Origin: Octopus bimaculoides
Lineage: Eukaryota
Direction of reading: 5' to 3'
NCBI RefSeq assembly: GCF_001194135.2
Contig: NC_068989.1
Coordinates: 93,620,608 to 93,684,607, forward strand
DNA: 64,000 bases
Shown: one piece after another, positions 12,720-25,600 of the stretch
Layout: each line of letters starts with the position of its first letter
How positions within the stretch are numbered: the first letter of the stretch is position 1
Made by a program: the position numbers and the translations under genes
The notes under the pieces: model-generated
Database searches by the model: none
What the model was told of the DNA's origin: nothing
The model's input: only the letters and a program-made list of their open reading frames with translations

Positions 12720-13290
12720 TGGGTTCGCAGTCGAGTGCTGCAAAGCAGGGATGAGAGTTAATGATTTAAAGACTGAAAAATTGGTCCTCTCAAGAAAGTG
12801 TTCTCGTACACTCTGCATCTTAGGGGAACTACATTGAAGCGAGTGGAGAAGTTTCAGTATCTCAGAGCCGTATTCAGTTGTGTTTTGATGCAGGAGGATA
12901 GACGAGCAGTAACTGGGGCAGTAATGCGACAGTTTGTATTCTTTAAAAGGAGAGATTGGTAAAAATTAAAAGACCAAAGTTGTCATTCTCGTCTACGATC
13001 ATGAATGTTGGATAATGGCCGAAAGTGTATGATCATGAATGCATGTGGCCAAAATGCATGTGGCCAAAATGGGATTCTTCCGAAGAAACTTCTGAGTCAT
13101 GTTACTCGACAGAGTAAGTAGCTCGGCCGAACCAATTGGAAGGAGTCCTTAGGGTAGTCCAAGAATGAGATAGTAGGATAATGCTCATAGTATCAGTTAG
13201 TCACGCTTGAGAATCAGCCAGAAAGTGGTTGCTCCTGATAGAAGCGTTTGGAAGAAAATGCCTGAGGACTTCTACGAACTTCTCAGGAAA
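12720..13290 (+). pseudogene. Decayed RTE-clade LINE fragment (RT C-terminal region, Rex3/Expander-like)
   Basis: Frame-hopping translation FAVECCKAGMRVNDLKTEKLVLSRK...KRVEKFQYLRAVF...AVTGAVMRQF...YDHECWIMAESV...MGFFRR matches typical RTE motifs (VEKFKYLG, YGHECW, EMGFLRR). Contains a 15-bp tandem duplication near 13040-13070. Confidence 0.75.
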
Positions 13291-13369
13291 ATTGGCGGAG
13301 AAAATTAATGGATGGATGGATTTGCTAGAAATGAAGGACACAAATGGAAAAGGCCTCATATATATAGTG

Positions 13370-13560
13370 AATCCAAACAAAGAAGAACAAACAAGAAGGA
13401 ACAATAACGCGAGTACGTGGTACATGTACTGTATTATCAGATATGCAGGAAAGGAAGGAAAGAGAATTTAACGTTTCGAGCCAGGCTCTTCTTCAGAAAT
13501 AGAGAGAAATCCAAAGGAAGACAGAGGACGAAAATCGCCAACTATACACACGCGGTTACA
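13370..13560 (-). mobile_element. Penelope-like terminal repeat remnant with degenerate HHR motif
   Basis: Minus strand CTGAAGA-A-GAGC-CTG-GCTC-GAAA-CGTTAAATTC; related to the 43088-43260 copy. Confidence 0.55.
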
Positions 13561-14059
13561 AAGAAAGGTTGAGTTCAATTAGAACGTTTTTACTTTGTGG
13601 TGAAGGTGTCCAAACTTAGATATCTAATAAAGATTTTTCATATTAAATTTGTAGCTTACTATTGCAAGTATTTTATTAAGAATATGAAAATTTTACAGGT
13701 ATAAGGTGTTATGAGCATTTATAGAACACAGTATTATATAAGCTCAACAAACAATTAAATATGGAGAAGAGAAGATGTTAAAAGTTTTATAAAATTTTAA
13801 TCCATGCATACGATCGTTTCAAATGATAACACCAACATGTAAGAAATATGGAAGAAATTAAATTAATTATGATTATAATTAAATTAATTTAATTACATAT
13901 TACCATTCTCCTCACTGCAAAAATGAAGAATACATCAGAAAAGTTGTAACAGAATGAAATTATGTTGCTTCAGGAGACTGCACGGATTCTGTGCCGCATA
14001 ACTAATTCGGATATTCGTAAAATGATTGTGATGGATGAAATAAAAACATGCTTAGGTAT

Positions 14060-14205
14060 TGTTGAGTCTAAAACTTAGCGGTTCGGCAAAAGATACCGAT
14101 AGAATAAGTACTAGGCTTTCAGAGAATATATCCTGGGGTCGATTTGCTCGACTCAAGGTGGTGCTACAGCATGGCCGCATTCAAATGACTGAAACAATTA
14201 AAAGA
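14060..14205 (+). mobile_element. SINE family B, 3' half
   Basis: CTTAGCGGTTCGGCAAAAG...CTGGGGTCGATTTGCTCGACT...CAGCATGGCCGC...ATGACTGAAAC. Confidence 0.85.
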
Positions 14206-14959
14206 ATATATATATACATCGTATATATATATGTATATATATAAACAATTATAAATAAGGGCAAAAGAAAAATTTCCTTTAAAGCGTCGATCACCACATA
14301 CAATATACATCATTATAAATACACGCCGTATTTATATATAAATACATGTATATAAATATATATATAATTGACTTAGGAAAAGAACCCAAAATATGAGCGG
14401 TGTCAAAATGCTGGACGACGATAACAATTGAGAATGGACAGAAGACGGCAATAATGAGAAGATCAGAAAAAGAATTTAAAAGATTTGCATCGACTTACAT
14501 TTTGTATTCAGAAATCACGGGCAATAATAATAACTTTCAGCAGAAATTTCACGTCTTAAATCAGAGGTAAACCATTCACCTTGTATCTTTTCACTTTTAA
14601 ATCCAACAACTGCAAGTAATAAAAAATGCTGACACGCCCAAATATAATTTCTAAACACTGGTTTGACTGAAGCTAATAACACTTCACTTCTGTACTTTAA
14701 TTATCTGTTCAGAGGTCGAGATTTTAAGCGTGTTTCTTATCTTAATGAATGGATTACTGATGGTTTCAATAAAGGATAGATAAATCTCGATTAGCTACTG
14801 ATCAGCATTTCCGGAGCAAAGTCAGTTCGAATTTGTGGACATATGAGACTCCAGAATCAATCAATTCAGTATTTCGTTGATTATCGATATACACACATAT
14901 ATGGATAATATATATATATATATGTGTGTGTGTGTGTATATTTCGGTATACATATGTAT

Positions 14960-15172
14960 ACTTTTCTACTCAGGCACAAGGCCCGAAATTTTGGGGGAGG
15001 GGCCCAGTCGATTGGATCGACCTCAGTACGCAACTGGTACTTAATTTATCGATCCCGAAAGGATGAAAAGCAAAGTCGACCTCGGTGGAATTTGAACTCA
15101 GAACGTAAGGACAGACGAAACACCGCTAAGACTTTCGCCCAGTGTGCTAACGTCTCTGCCAGTTCGCCGCCT
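14960..15172 (-). mobile_element. SINE family A, alternative tail
   Basis: Matches 6928-7143; imperfect GGTATAC... flanking duplication. Confidence 0.88.
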
Positions 15173-15491
15173 TGGTATACGTATATACAGAGGCACATAA
15201 AATACGAACTTCTAAGATTTGTGTTATTCGATATTCTAAAGATATTTTTTCATATATGATTAGTAATTTTTAATTTAAGAAAATCTTTCTTCAAATATTG
15301 TCACTGAAAGAGAAATCTTGTAAAAAACACTTGTTTCCTATCTTCATCTGTTTTCTCTCCTCATTTCATTCCTTAGAAGAGCGTTGGCTCGGAATTTCAA
15401 AGACTTCTTCCACTTTTCCTGCGTATCAAAACTATTACATCTTGTTTTTTGTTCCCTCACCTGTTTCAACATTTTGTTTTGGGGGTTTTGT

Positions 15492-15523
<32 letters not shown>

Positions 15524-16118
15524 GCAAAATTAATAGAGGTCATAAAAATGACGGAAAGTACTGACTAGCACCGAATTATGCTAAATTAAGAGTTAAATTA
15601 ACTCAAAAACACTAAAGCATTATAGTCAATGACTGACAATGGGAGGTAAGTCTCAAGCGTACATAGCCGTATTGCGATTTCGTATTTTGGCGTAGACCAC
15701 ATTAATTCTCCTCACTGGCACTTAACGCCAAATGTTAATCTCAACTTCCTTTGTGAATCTTATGAGGAAAACTGTTGAAAACATTTGCTGGTTTTCAAAA
15801 CGGTAAAAGTGTAAACAATAAATTAAATATAGTACTTTAGTGACTTAAGAGTTAATTTAACTATTATTCGATGCTGGTCCAGCACCCTCCGTCACTTTTA
15901 AGACCTCTGTTAATTTTGCCTTTAGGTTCTAATTACTAATAAGCCACCCTTTTTATTTTTTTATATTATATTATATTATATCATATTATATTATATTATA
16001 TTATATTGTATACACCCATATTATATTAAATATATGACAAGGGAATAAAAAAATTATGTCATGCTCTCCGATGAATCTGTAGGATTCCAGCATTTAAATT
16101 TATCCCCGGTATTTAATC

Positions 16119-16170
16119 CGCGCGCGCGCGCGCGCGCGCGCGTGTGTGTGTGTGTGTATGTGTGTGCGTG
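16119..16170. repeat. (CG)12 followed by (TG)n, an alternating purine-pyrimidine tract
   Basis: Direct inspection. Confidence 0.9.
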
Positions 16171-16610
16171 CCTATATATCTACTACTGAGAGATAAGTAC
16201 TTCCAAATTTAGGATTTTCTGTGGATAGGTTTTTGCAATTTGAAGCGTAAAGAATCCTTCGTGTCACTGAATTCCACTCATAAAAGCTTCTCTATATAAC
16301 TTAAGAAACGTTAAAAAAAGTTTCCCTTAAAGAGCTTTTCCGCGGATTTCAAAAAACATTTCACACAAATGCTTCGCCCAGCAAAATCCCCATTTGTCCA
16401 ACTTCAATCAAATCACAAATTACGGAAATGATCACTGTATGAAAGGCTTTATTAGACTGAAGAGGAAATTCTATCATGCCAGCACTGCAGTAACGAACAC
16501 GAAGACAGGCTAGTTGGCACTGCTTTAAAGTCCGCTGTCATGTGTGGGTGTGTGTGTATGTGTACGTGTACGTGTGTATGTGTATGTGTGTGTGTGTGTG
16601 TGCACATATA

Positions 16611-17588
16611 CTTGAGTTTGATTCTTTCATCTGCCTTAGAAGCTCTGTACAAAATGATGGAAATCTAGACACAAAAATACATCTGCGAATTCAAAGAGCA
16701 GCACAAACATTTGGCGGTTTGGAGTTACGCGTTTGGCGATAACGACAAAAATAACACAAAATTGGCTCTGTACAAATCGTTTGTATTACCATCCCTGTTG
16801 CCTTCTTCTGAAACAATGACATGCTATGAAAGACATTTCAAATTGTTAGAGCAATTCCACCAAAAATGCTTTCATCGCATTTTAGACATTAAATGGAGTT
16901 CTTTTACTCCACTCCAAACACAGATGTCCTTGCGTCTGAATGATTCTGAAAAACCAAAATGAGATGGTGTGGCCATGTTGTTCGAATGGTGGATGAACGA
17001 ACACCTTAGCCGTTTTATGGTGAACTTGTAGAGGCGAAATGCTATAGGTGTAAACTTAAAAAGAGGTTTAAAGGACGGCATAAGGACTACCATGAAGACA
17101 CTTGCTTCGGATCGAGCTGGATGGCGAACAAAAGTGTGGAGTGGAGGGAAAAGGTTTGAAGAAGCCAGGATAAAGCATGCAAGACTCAAGAGAGATTTAA
17201 AGAAGAATGTTATGATCGAGGTGAATCATAATGACTTTATTTGTTTGTACAGTTTGTGACAGACCATGCCTTTCTTTTACTGAGCTCAAATCTCATTTGC
17301 TGGCCCAGCAAAAACGAATCTCCATCAACTGTTCTGCCTATATGTCTGTGCGCACCTTTCAATGTCATGTATGCCATAAGGTTTGCAAATCTAGCGGAGG
17401 CCTCAAAAGACAGTTTAAGATCCACAAAGATCAGAACTTAACTTCAGCTCTTGGGAGTCCAAATCGGATATGCAATCTATGTGGATGTCTTTTCAAAACA
17501 TTGCTTGGTTTAAAAGGCTACATCAGACACCATGATGGATCTAGGGTTTAGGCACAGGAGGTGGTCAGATTCTGCATAGAGAGTAGAC

Positions 17589-17591
<3 letters not shown>
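16611..17591 (+). pseudogene. 5'-truncated RTE (BovB-like) LINE with C-terminal triple C2H2 zinc-finger region
   Basis: FDSFICLRSSVQNDGNLDTKIHLRIQRAAQTFGGL...TKLALYKSFVLPSLL...LEQFHQKCFHRILDIKW...RWCGHVVRM...DRAGWRTKV are RTE RT-downstream motifs. ORF 17231-17551 has three CxxC-x12-(H/Q/Y)-x3-(H/Q) units. Stops and frameshifts present. 3' end GAGTAGACAAC runs into (TA)n. Confidence 0.88.
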
Positions 17592-17649
<58 letters not shown>

Positions 17650-17654
17650 ACTGT

Positions 17655-17825
17655 GACTGGCTTCTTTCAGCTTTCATTTACCAAATCCACTCACAAGGCT
17701 TTGGTCGGTCTGACGCTGTAGTAGAAAGAAGACACTTGCCCAAGGTGCCATGCAGCGGAACTGAGCCCAGAACCATATAGTTGGGAAGCATGCTTATTAC
17801 GTTACTACACAGTCACTCCTGCGCT
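17655..17825 (-). mobile_element. SINE family B, 5' half
   Basis: Reverse complement of head GCGCAGGAGTGACTGTGTAGTAA...GCACCTTGGGCAAGTGTCTT. Confidence 0.85.
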
Positions 17826-17889
<64 letters not shown>

Positions 17890-18765
17890 AAGCGAGAGAA
17901 ACACACACACATTCACACACACATTTATACATACACACATATATATTTATGTATTTTTGGTGTATGTTTGAGTTACTATGTAAAAGCGTGTGAATGTATG
18001 TGTTTGTGTGTGTGTTCGTATCTATTTGTGTCTGTATGTGAGAGTCAGTCCGTACCGACCGATAACAAGAATTTAAGTACAAAACGTAAGGTATAAAAAA
18101 AAAAAGAAGAAAAACACACACTCAGAAAAACAGCCATCTTGAAATGTTCATTATATTTAGTATCTTTTGAAACGTGAATAAGTATTTAAATGTTGGAAAG
18201 AAGGCAAACAACAAAAGGAAACTTTGAAATATTCTAAATAAAAGAGATTGTACAAGTTACTCTTGTGGAAGTTTTACGTCTATCGGAGTGGAAATATTTA
18301 AGATGAGAAGCGGATAAAAATAACACTAAATTTACAACTACGTTGAACGATTGTCACTGCGTGCAGTTTGGTCGTGTTGAGTTGGTGAGAATTAGTTGAG
18401 AATTGGTGCGAACAAATAACGTATATACAAAAAGGAGATGATAGCTTAATGATTTAGAATAAAAACAAAAGGCAAACGGTGTAAGCCGAGACTTATGTAG
18501 AGCTAGGAACTGGACAAAGGCTAGGAGAGAATTATACACGTGGACAGAGAAGTGTGTTTGCCTGTGAGTATGTGTGTGTGTGTGCCTGTGTGCGTATGAA
18601 TATAGGTGTTCGTTTTGTGTGTATATACGTATATACATGATTTTACAGGACAGAAAGTATGTATGCGTATATATACATACGTACATAAATATGTCTATAC
18701 ATACATACACACGCGCCCACACACAGACACAACCTCGCACACATTTAATACATGCCAATGTAAGG

Positions 18766-18970
18766 CGGTGAGCTGACAGAAACGTTAGCACGCCGGGCGA
18801 AATGCTTAGCAGTATTTCGTCTGTCTTTATGTTCTGAGTTCAAATCCTGCTGAGGTCGACTTTGCCTTTTATCCTTTCGGGGTCCATAAATTAAGTACCA
18901 GTCGATCTAATCGACTGGCCCCCGCCCCCGCAAAATTTCGGGCCTTGTACCTAGAGTAGAAAAGAAAAGA
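18766..18970 (+). mobile_element. SINE family A, alternative tail
   Basis: AAGGCGGTGAGCTGACAGAAACGTTAGC...GGGCCTTGTACCTAGAGTAGAAAAG. Confidence 0.9.
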
Positions 18971-19529
18971 ATATATGCAAATGCACGAAAATATATACAT
19001 TTATATATACATGTGTGTGTGTATATATGTATGTGTATGTGTATATATATAAATATATATGTATATATATATATAGATATGCATACATATACATACATGT
19101 ATATATATATATGCATATATATGCATATATATGCATATATATGCATACATATACACATCTATACATAATGTATGTATCTATACTTAAAGCTTATGCGTGT
19201 GTCTGTATATGTGTGTGTGTATGTATATTTGCAATACAATTAAATCTGTTCATGTTGTCCCCCCCCCCACATCTTTTTTTTGCGAAATTACATTCTAAAT
19301 TATTCGATGCGGGTTCTAATTACTGGTTGGAACCATTCTGTTTCATTTTGTGTTCGAATGTTCGCTCTGCTCTCTTCGTCTCATAATACTCAACTAATGT
19401 TTTTGTTTTTCTAACTCTGTTCGTTCAATTCATTTTCTGTTTCTTCATCCGTAAATCTAATCAATATATACAACACGCTGTCAACAATACATATTTAATA
19501 CGCTATATGCATTTATATTCTTTTATTCT

Positions 19530-19705
19530 TATATTTGTTTCAGTCATTTGACTGCGGCCATGCTGGAGTACCGCCTTTAGTCGAACAAATCGATCCCAGG
19601 ACTTATTCTTTCTAAGCCTAGTACTTATTCTATAGGCCTATTTTGCTGAAGCGCTATGTTACTGGGATGTAAATACATCAACATCGGTTGTCGAGCGATG
19701 GTGGG
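19530..19705 (-). mobile_element. SINE family B, 3' half
   Basis: GTTTCAGTCATTTGACTGCGGCCATGCTGGAG... on the plus strand. Confidence 0.85.
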
Positions 19706-20347
19706 GCTAAACATTGAGCGGACCAACTGCAACACTTAACGGATGAAGCATCAGTTTAGTCACTGACATGTATCATGTATTCAATTTTAACTTATTTACT
19801 TATTACACTATATGGAGGTATTTCTTTAAGCGGAACAAAGAACAGAAACAATTTGAAATTACAGAAATGTTAAGACTGAGTAACGTAACACCGGTCAGAT
19901 TTTAGGAACTTTTGTATAAGTAATCTAATCAGAGAGGTAAAACGGTGTATATGTGTGCCAGGTGTGGTGTTGCGATGGTTGTTTGGCAGCTCGACTTCAT
20001 CTTTATCAGTCGTGTTCCATTTCTTTAGACAGAGTCTAAGTTAGGCCCAGATAAGTCTAGGAGCAGCAGAATCTCAGGTGTGGAGTAATACTTTGTGTAC
20101 CTTACCTATAATCTGCAGTAGCTGTTGGGGAGGGATGACCTTTGTTCTTCATTCTTAACACTGAAGAGAAAGGCCATGTGTTATATGGCATTTTTTGGTA
20201 TAGGCGACGCATGGAAATAGCTGCAAGCGAGGCTAGGGAGTTAAGAAGTCCCCTTGCAACACCGTTCATCTTCTATTATAACCTCGTACAGCAACGTCTT
20301 GTGAGTGAATTATGTACACTGTGAAAACTGTATCGAAGCTCGTCGTG

Positions 20348-20396
<49 letters not shown>

Positions 20397-21084
20397 GCAT
20401 ATGCATGCATATATATATANNNNNNNNNNNNNNNNNNNNNNNNNNNNNNNNNNNNNNNNNNNNNNNNNNNNNNNNNNNNNNNNNNNNNNNNNNNNNNNNN
20501 NNNNNNNNNNNNNNNNNNNNNNNNNNNNNNNNNNNNNNNNNNNNNNNNNNNNNNNNNNNNNNNNNNNNNNNNNNNNNNNNNNNNNNNNNNNNNNNNNNNN
20601 NNNNNNNNNNNNNNNNNNNNNNNNNNNNNNNNNNNNNNNNNNNNNNNNNNNNNNNNNNNNNNNNNNNNNNNNNNNNNNNNNNNNNNNNNNTGACTTTGCT
20701 CTTTATCTTCTGTTCTCGTTCATTGAAGCTGATAATTATTTCTTGCTATGTGGAGTTGTTATATTTCCATTTTCTTTTGTTTTGTAATAATTAAAGGGAC
20801 AATGTTATTATGATCACACTGGGGTTTGTTTTCGAGGTCGCTGTTCATAAAAATGAGAGCAAATTTGTGATAAAGTGTCCGGATGACGTGTGGATGGCAC
20901 GTTTATGCAGAAGCTTTGGGAGAAATGAAGTAACAGTATCAAGTATTTAAGAAGTGGGGGGGGGGCGTTGCTGGAGGTCATGGCAAGTAAGTAATGGATA
21001 AATAGAAAGAGGAGTGCAAAGGGCAAAACTTAACTCTTATGCTCACCAAAATCAGGAAAATATAAAAGGCGAATGAAATAAGGC

Positions 21085-21417
21085 CAAGGTCGACTTTGCC
21101 TTTCATCCTTCGGGGTCGATAAATTAAGTACTAGTTACGCTCTGCGGTCGATGTAATTGACTTAATCTCTTTGTCTGTCCTTGTTTGTCCCCTCTATGTT
21201 TAGCCCCTTGTGGTCAACAAAGAAATAAGAAACGTTAGCGCGTCGGCCGAACTGCTTAGTCTGTCTTTACATTCTGACTTCAAATTCCGCTGAGGTCGGC
21301 TTTGCCTTTCATCCTTTCGGAGTCGATAAATTAAGTACCAGCTGCGTACTGGGGTCTATCTAATCGGCTGCCCCCTCCCCCAAATTTCGGGCCTTATGCC
21401 TAGAGTAGAAAAGAATT
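21085..21417 (+). mobile_element. Two family A SINEs joined head-to-tail (long-tail 3' part plus alternative-tail copy)
   Basis: Long tail ...AAAGAAATAAG is joined directly to AAACGTTAGC (start of the A-box region) of the second copy. Confidence 0.85.
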
Positions 21418-22034
21418 ATTTGAATTCTTCCTTATAAAGATGGAAATATTTTTAAACGAAGACGCAAAACACCATTATTGTAATGTAGATAACGATAATT
21501 GTTAAAAGTTAAGTTCCAGAAATGTCTTGTATATTTTCCATGGAGTTAGAGACGTTATGGCACAGCCACTTTTATGCTGCATATTCGGCGCCGAACCCAT
21601 TTTGAACAGATACATGTCCGAAGTTTTTTTCGATTATAACTGACCACGGATTTCTGTTCCCAAAATGTTACTTTTCGAGGCGTAAGTTTGATTATGTTTA
21701 GCAGTTGCAAGACTAGAACTTCCCTAATGCATGATATAGCCCACTCTTCACAACATCGATGATGCCCAAGGGTAAGGCAAAGCCGACTGAGCTTCTCTTC
21801 ATCGCACTGCTTTCAGAAAACGAAGAACCGAAACAGAAACTGTAAGGTGCACATTCTGCCGACCAGAGTTAATGTATCTTTATCCGTACCAAACTGAAGA
21901 AAGTCGAACTCCAAACTGTTTAAGATTTAAACTCAGAGCAAATGCAATTAGGAGCAATTTCTGAGGATGGATGCTCTGCCCGACTCTTTAACAAATCTTT
22001 CAAATGTCTCACCGTTCAAAGACGTTTCAGCCCT

Positions 22035-22615
<581 letters not shown>

Positions 22616-22793
22616 AATAACAACGATACTTTTAAGTATAATGTTTAGATTGCCTCTTTTTGACGACAGTTATGAAAAGAGTGTGCTTAGCACTGGTTTA
22701 GGGACACAGGACGGACTAAGGAAGGACTGGATTAGAGCAAAAGAGAAACCATAGCGGCTTGCAGTGGCACCCGATTATAGCACGGAGATTAAA

Positions 22794-23008
22794 AGGTGGT
22801 GAGCTGGCAGAAACGTTAGCACGCCGGGCGAACTGCTTAGCGGTGTTTTGTCTGTCCTTACGTTTTGAGTTCAAATTCCGCCTAGGTTGACTTTGCCTTT
22901 TATCCTTTCGGGGTCGATATATTAAGTATCAGTTGCGTACTGAGGTCGATCTAATTGACTGGCCCTATCCCTCAAAATTTCGGGCCTTGTGTCTCGAGTA
23001 GAAAAGAA
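22794..23008 (+). mobile_element. SINE family A, alternative tail
   Basis: Head GAGCTGGCAGAAACGTTAGC, B box GAGTTCAAATTCC, tail GAGTAGAAAAGAAT. Confidence 0.9.
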
Positions 23009-24066
23009 TGATTGATAGTTCAGCATTGTAGAGAGCTTTTGAGAAATATTAGGAGAGATAGGCTTAAAAATAGACAATATCTGTGCGTGCCAGTCAAATA
23101 ACTGATGTTTTATTTTAGGTATCGTCTGTTTGTGTGCGCTGAGATTGGTCAGTTTAGAATACGTAAGCAACAGCCCGCAGAATCAGTGTCGTACATCATG
23201 AAATTGATGAGAACTGATGTAGTTTCGAGTTCTGAAGAGAATATCTAGTTTTCTGGGATTGAATTTTTGGCAACGTCCTATATGTCAGTATATGAGAGGC
23301 CACGAGGGACTGCAGCCATAATCATTTGAAGCGACATTGGTATGTTTATTCCTGTGGTTTCCATGCAAAATGGTATTGAAGCACAATACGATTTCCTCGG
23401 TGCATTGTGGAATTGAACATCCAGGAATTTCAACTCAATGAAAGGCAAGAGCGAAAGTTGGTTAGCATTAATTGGAAACATGATATCGTTACCTGATTTT
23501 GTTACACGAAGGACGACAAATTAACACCTGGTAAAATTGACTGTCATTTTCGAGCTGAAAATAAACATCACCATTCGATCCCTTGACTCTCTCGTGGTTT
23601 ATGGGTGTCAATTAACGCAGAATAAATTCATCACTTTTTCTTTATCTTGTAAAAAATAATGGTTCCATTTTTTAAAATCCCGACTGACTAAAAGAACGAA
23701 TTTACTTATTAATACGGACAGCAAAATGAGTTATCACACAAATTAAACCCAATCAATTGATATATTAGTAGCAGGTCTTATCAGTCGGTTCGATAACATC
23801 GATAAAATCGTTCGAAAAACTAAAACATAAATGAGCTGAAAATTACATCAATGTTTAAAACGCAGACATGGTTTTTTATTTTTTTTTTTTGAGTAATCTA
23901 AAACCTATCTCTATACACGCTGTTAGCTATTTAGTATTTATGTATGTATATGTCTTTCTCGGTATCACTTTCTCTCCCTCCTCCCCCTTTGCCTCTTTCT
24001 CTCTCTGTCTCTATATATATATATGTATACATACATACACACACACACACACACACNNNNNNNNNN

Positions 24067-24107
<41 letters not shown>

Positions 24108-24258
24108 CATATGTATATGTATCTCAGTGAATGTATTTATATATGTATGTGTGTGCGTGTGTATCTAGAGATAACGAATAGATAAATGGATTGATAATAT
24201 GTAAATAAAAATAGACCATAACAGACATAATTAGTATCGACATTTCAATATATAAGTG

Positions 24259-24306
<48 letters not shown>

Positions 24307-25104
24307 GATACATATATATTTATGTACATATTATATACATTTTTAAACACACTCGCACATTAGTTTACAAATATATGCATATATATGGGTGTGTGTGTGT
24401 GTGTGTGTGTCTGTGTTTATATAAATACATACATACACTCTAGACTAAGATACAGACACACAATAATAGAGCAAGATATATGTATTGTGACAAGGTTATA
24501 TGCGTAGATCAATCGATAGTTTAAACAAAGAAGACCAGAATACAAAGAATAGCGCCATAGGCAGGAGAGAAATCGAACAAGAAATAAAGAAGACGTGAGA
24601 AAATGAGAGAGAAGGGGTGGGTGAATCTGAAAAGGAATGTATCCAGAGTGAGTTTTATTGAAGGAGACAACACCACTGGAGTTTCGAATGTCGTGTAGAT
24701 AGGACATAATTATGATATAACCAAAATTTGTTTCAAATCTTTATAGCTTTGGTTTTCTAACAATTTCCTTTTGTTTGATTCACACCAAAGACTGGTAATA
24801 TCAATTTCACACGTAGTTAAGTTTCTTCTGTTATATTTAATTTGTAGTTGAAGTCACAATGCCTTGGTGTTGTTAATGATATTAACTGGAAACAGCTTAC
24901 CGGAATTCCGTGGCCGTTTTCTTATATCTAACATGCAAATATATTCACAAGAACTACCAAGTGCATTTGATCCTATGTGTCATTACTTAAGCGGTTGGCA
25001 TCACCGTTTCGTTAACTTTTAAATACTGTCTTCGATTAAGAATGAGCGACGACAACTGGGCGAATATAGTGTGGTTAAAATTTCTTGTGGATGTGCATGG
25101 CTTA

Positions 25105-25338
25105 CTGGTTAGGGTGCTGGATTCATGATCGTAAGATTGTGGTTTCATTTCCTGGACCGGGCGACGCGTTGTGTTCTTGAGCAAAACACATTATTTCACA
25201 TTGATTTAGTCCAGCCAGACACCAAAAAACGACTAATCTTGCAACGCACTAGTGTCCCGTCCGGTTGGTGAATATATAAGCCATGAAAACCGGGAAACCG
25301 TCTTTACGAGTCTATATGTCTCGGGAAGGAACTTTACA
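25105..25338 (+). mobile_element. SINE family C with tail type 2
   Basis: Head GCATGGCTTACTGGTTAGGG...TTCTTGAGCAAAACAC; tail GCCATGAAAACCGGGAAACCG...GGAAGGAAC shared with 52045-52150 and 53150-53360. Confidence 0.8.
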
Positions 25339-25469
25339 TCTGTTTTCCTGCCGTGAAATAGGCTAATTCGAAATCCTTGACCGGAGAATATCGACTTTTG
25401 CATTGAAGACACCTAAATCCATAACATGGAGGTTCCTCAGGCTTTTTGAAAAGATGTTGGGAGTGATTA

Positions 25470-25600
25470 TATCGACCCCAGTGGTAAAGTGGTACTTAAT
25501 TTATCGGTCCCGAAAGGATGAAAGGCAAAGTCGATCTCGGCGGAATTTGAACTCAGAAGATAAACACAGACGAAATGCTTCTAAGAATTCTGCCAGCTCG
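25470..25600 (-). mobile_element. SINE family A fragment abutting an assembly gap
   Basis: Family A body in reverse, cut by the N-run at 25601. Confidence 0.85.

Noticed and set aside
14924-15259. Recurring peptide ...SRKDERQSRPRRNLNSER... in several ORFs
   Set aside because: It is the antisense translation of SINE A, not a gene family.
20161-20175. CUGAAGA-GAAA
   Set aside because: No room for stem II.
21961-21990. CUGAGGA-UGG...CCC-GACU
   Set aside because: GAAA is absent and there is no stem III or stem I.
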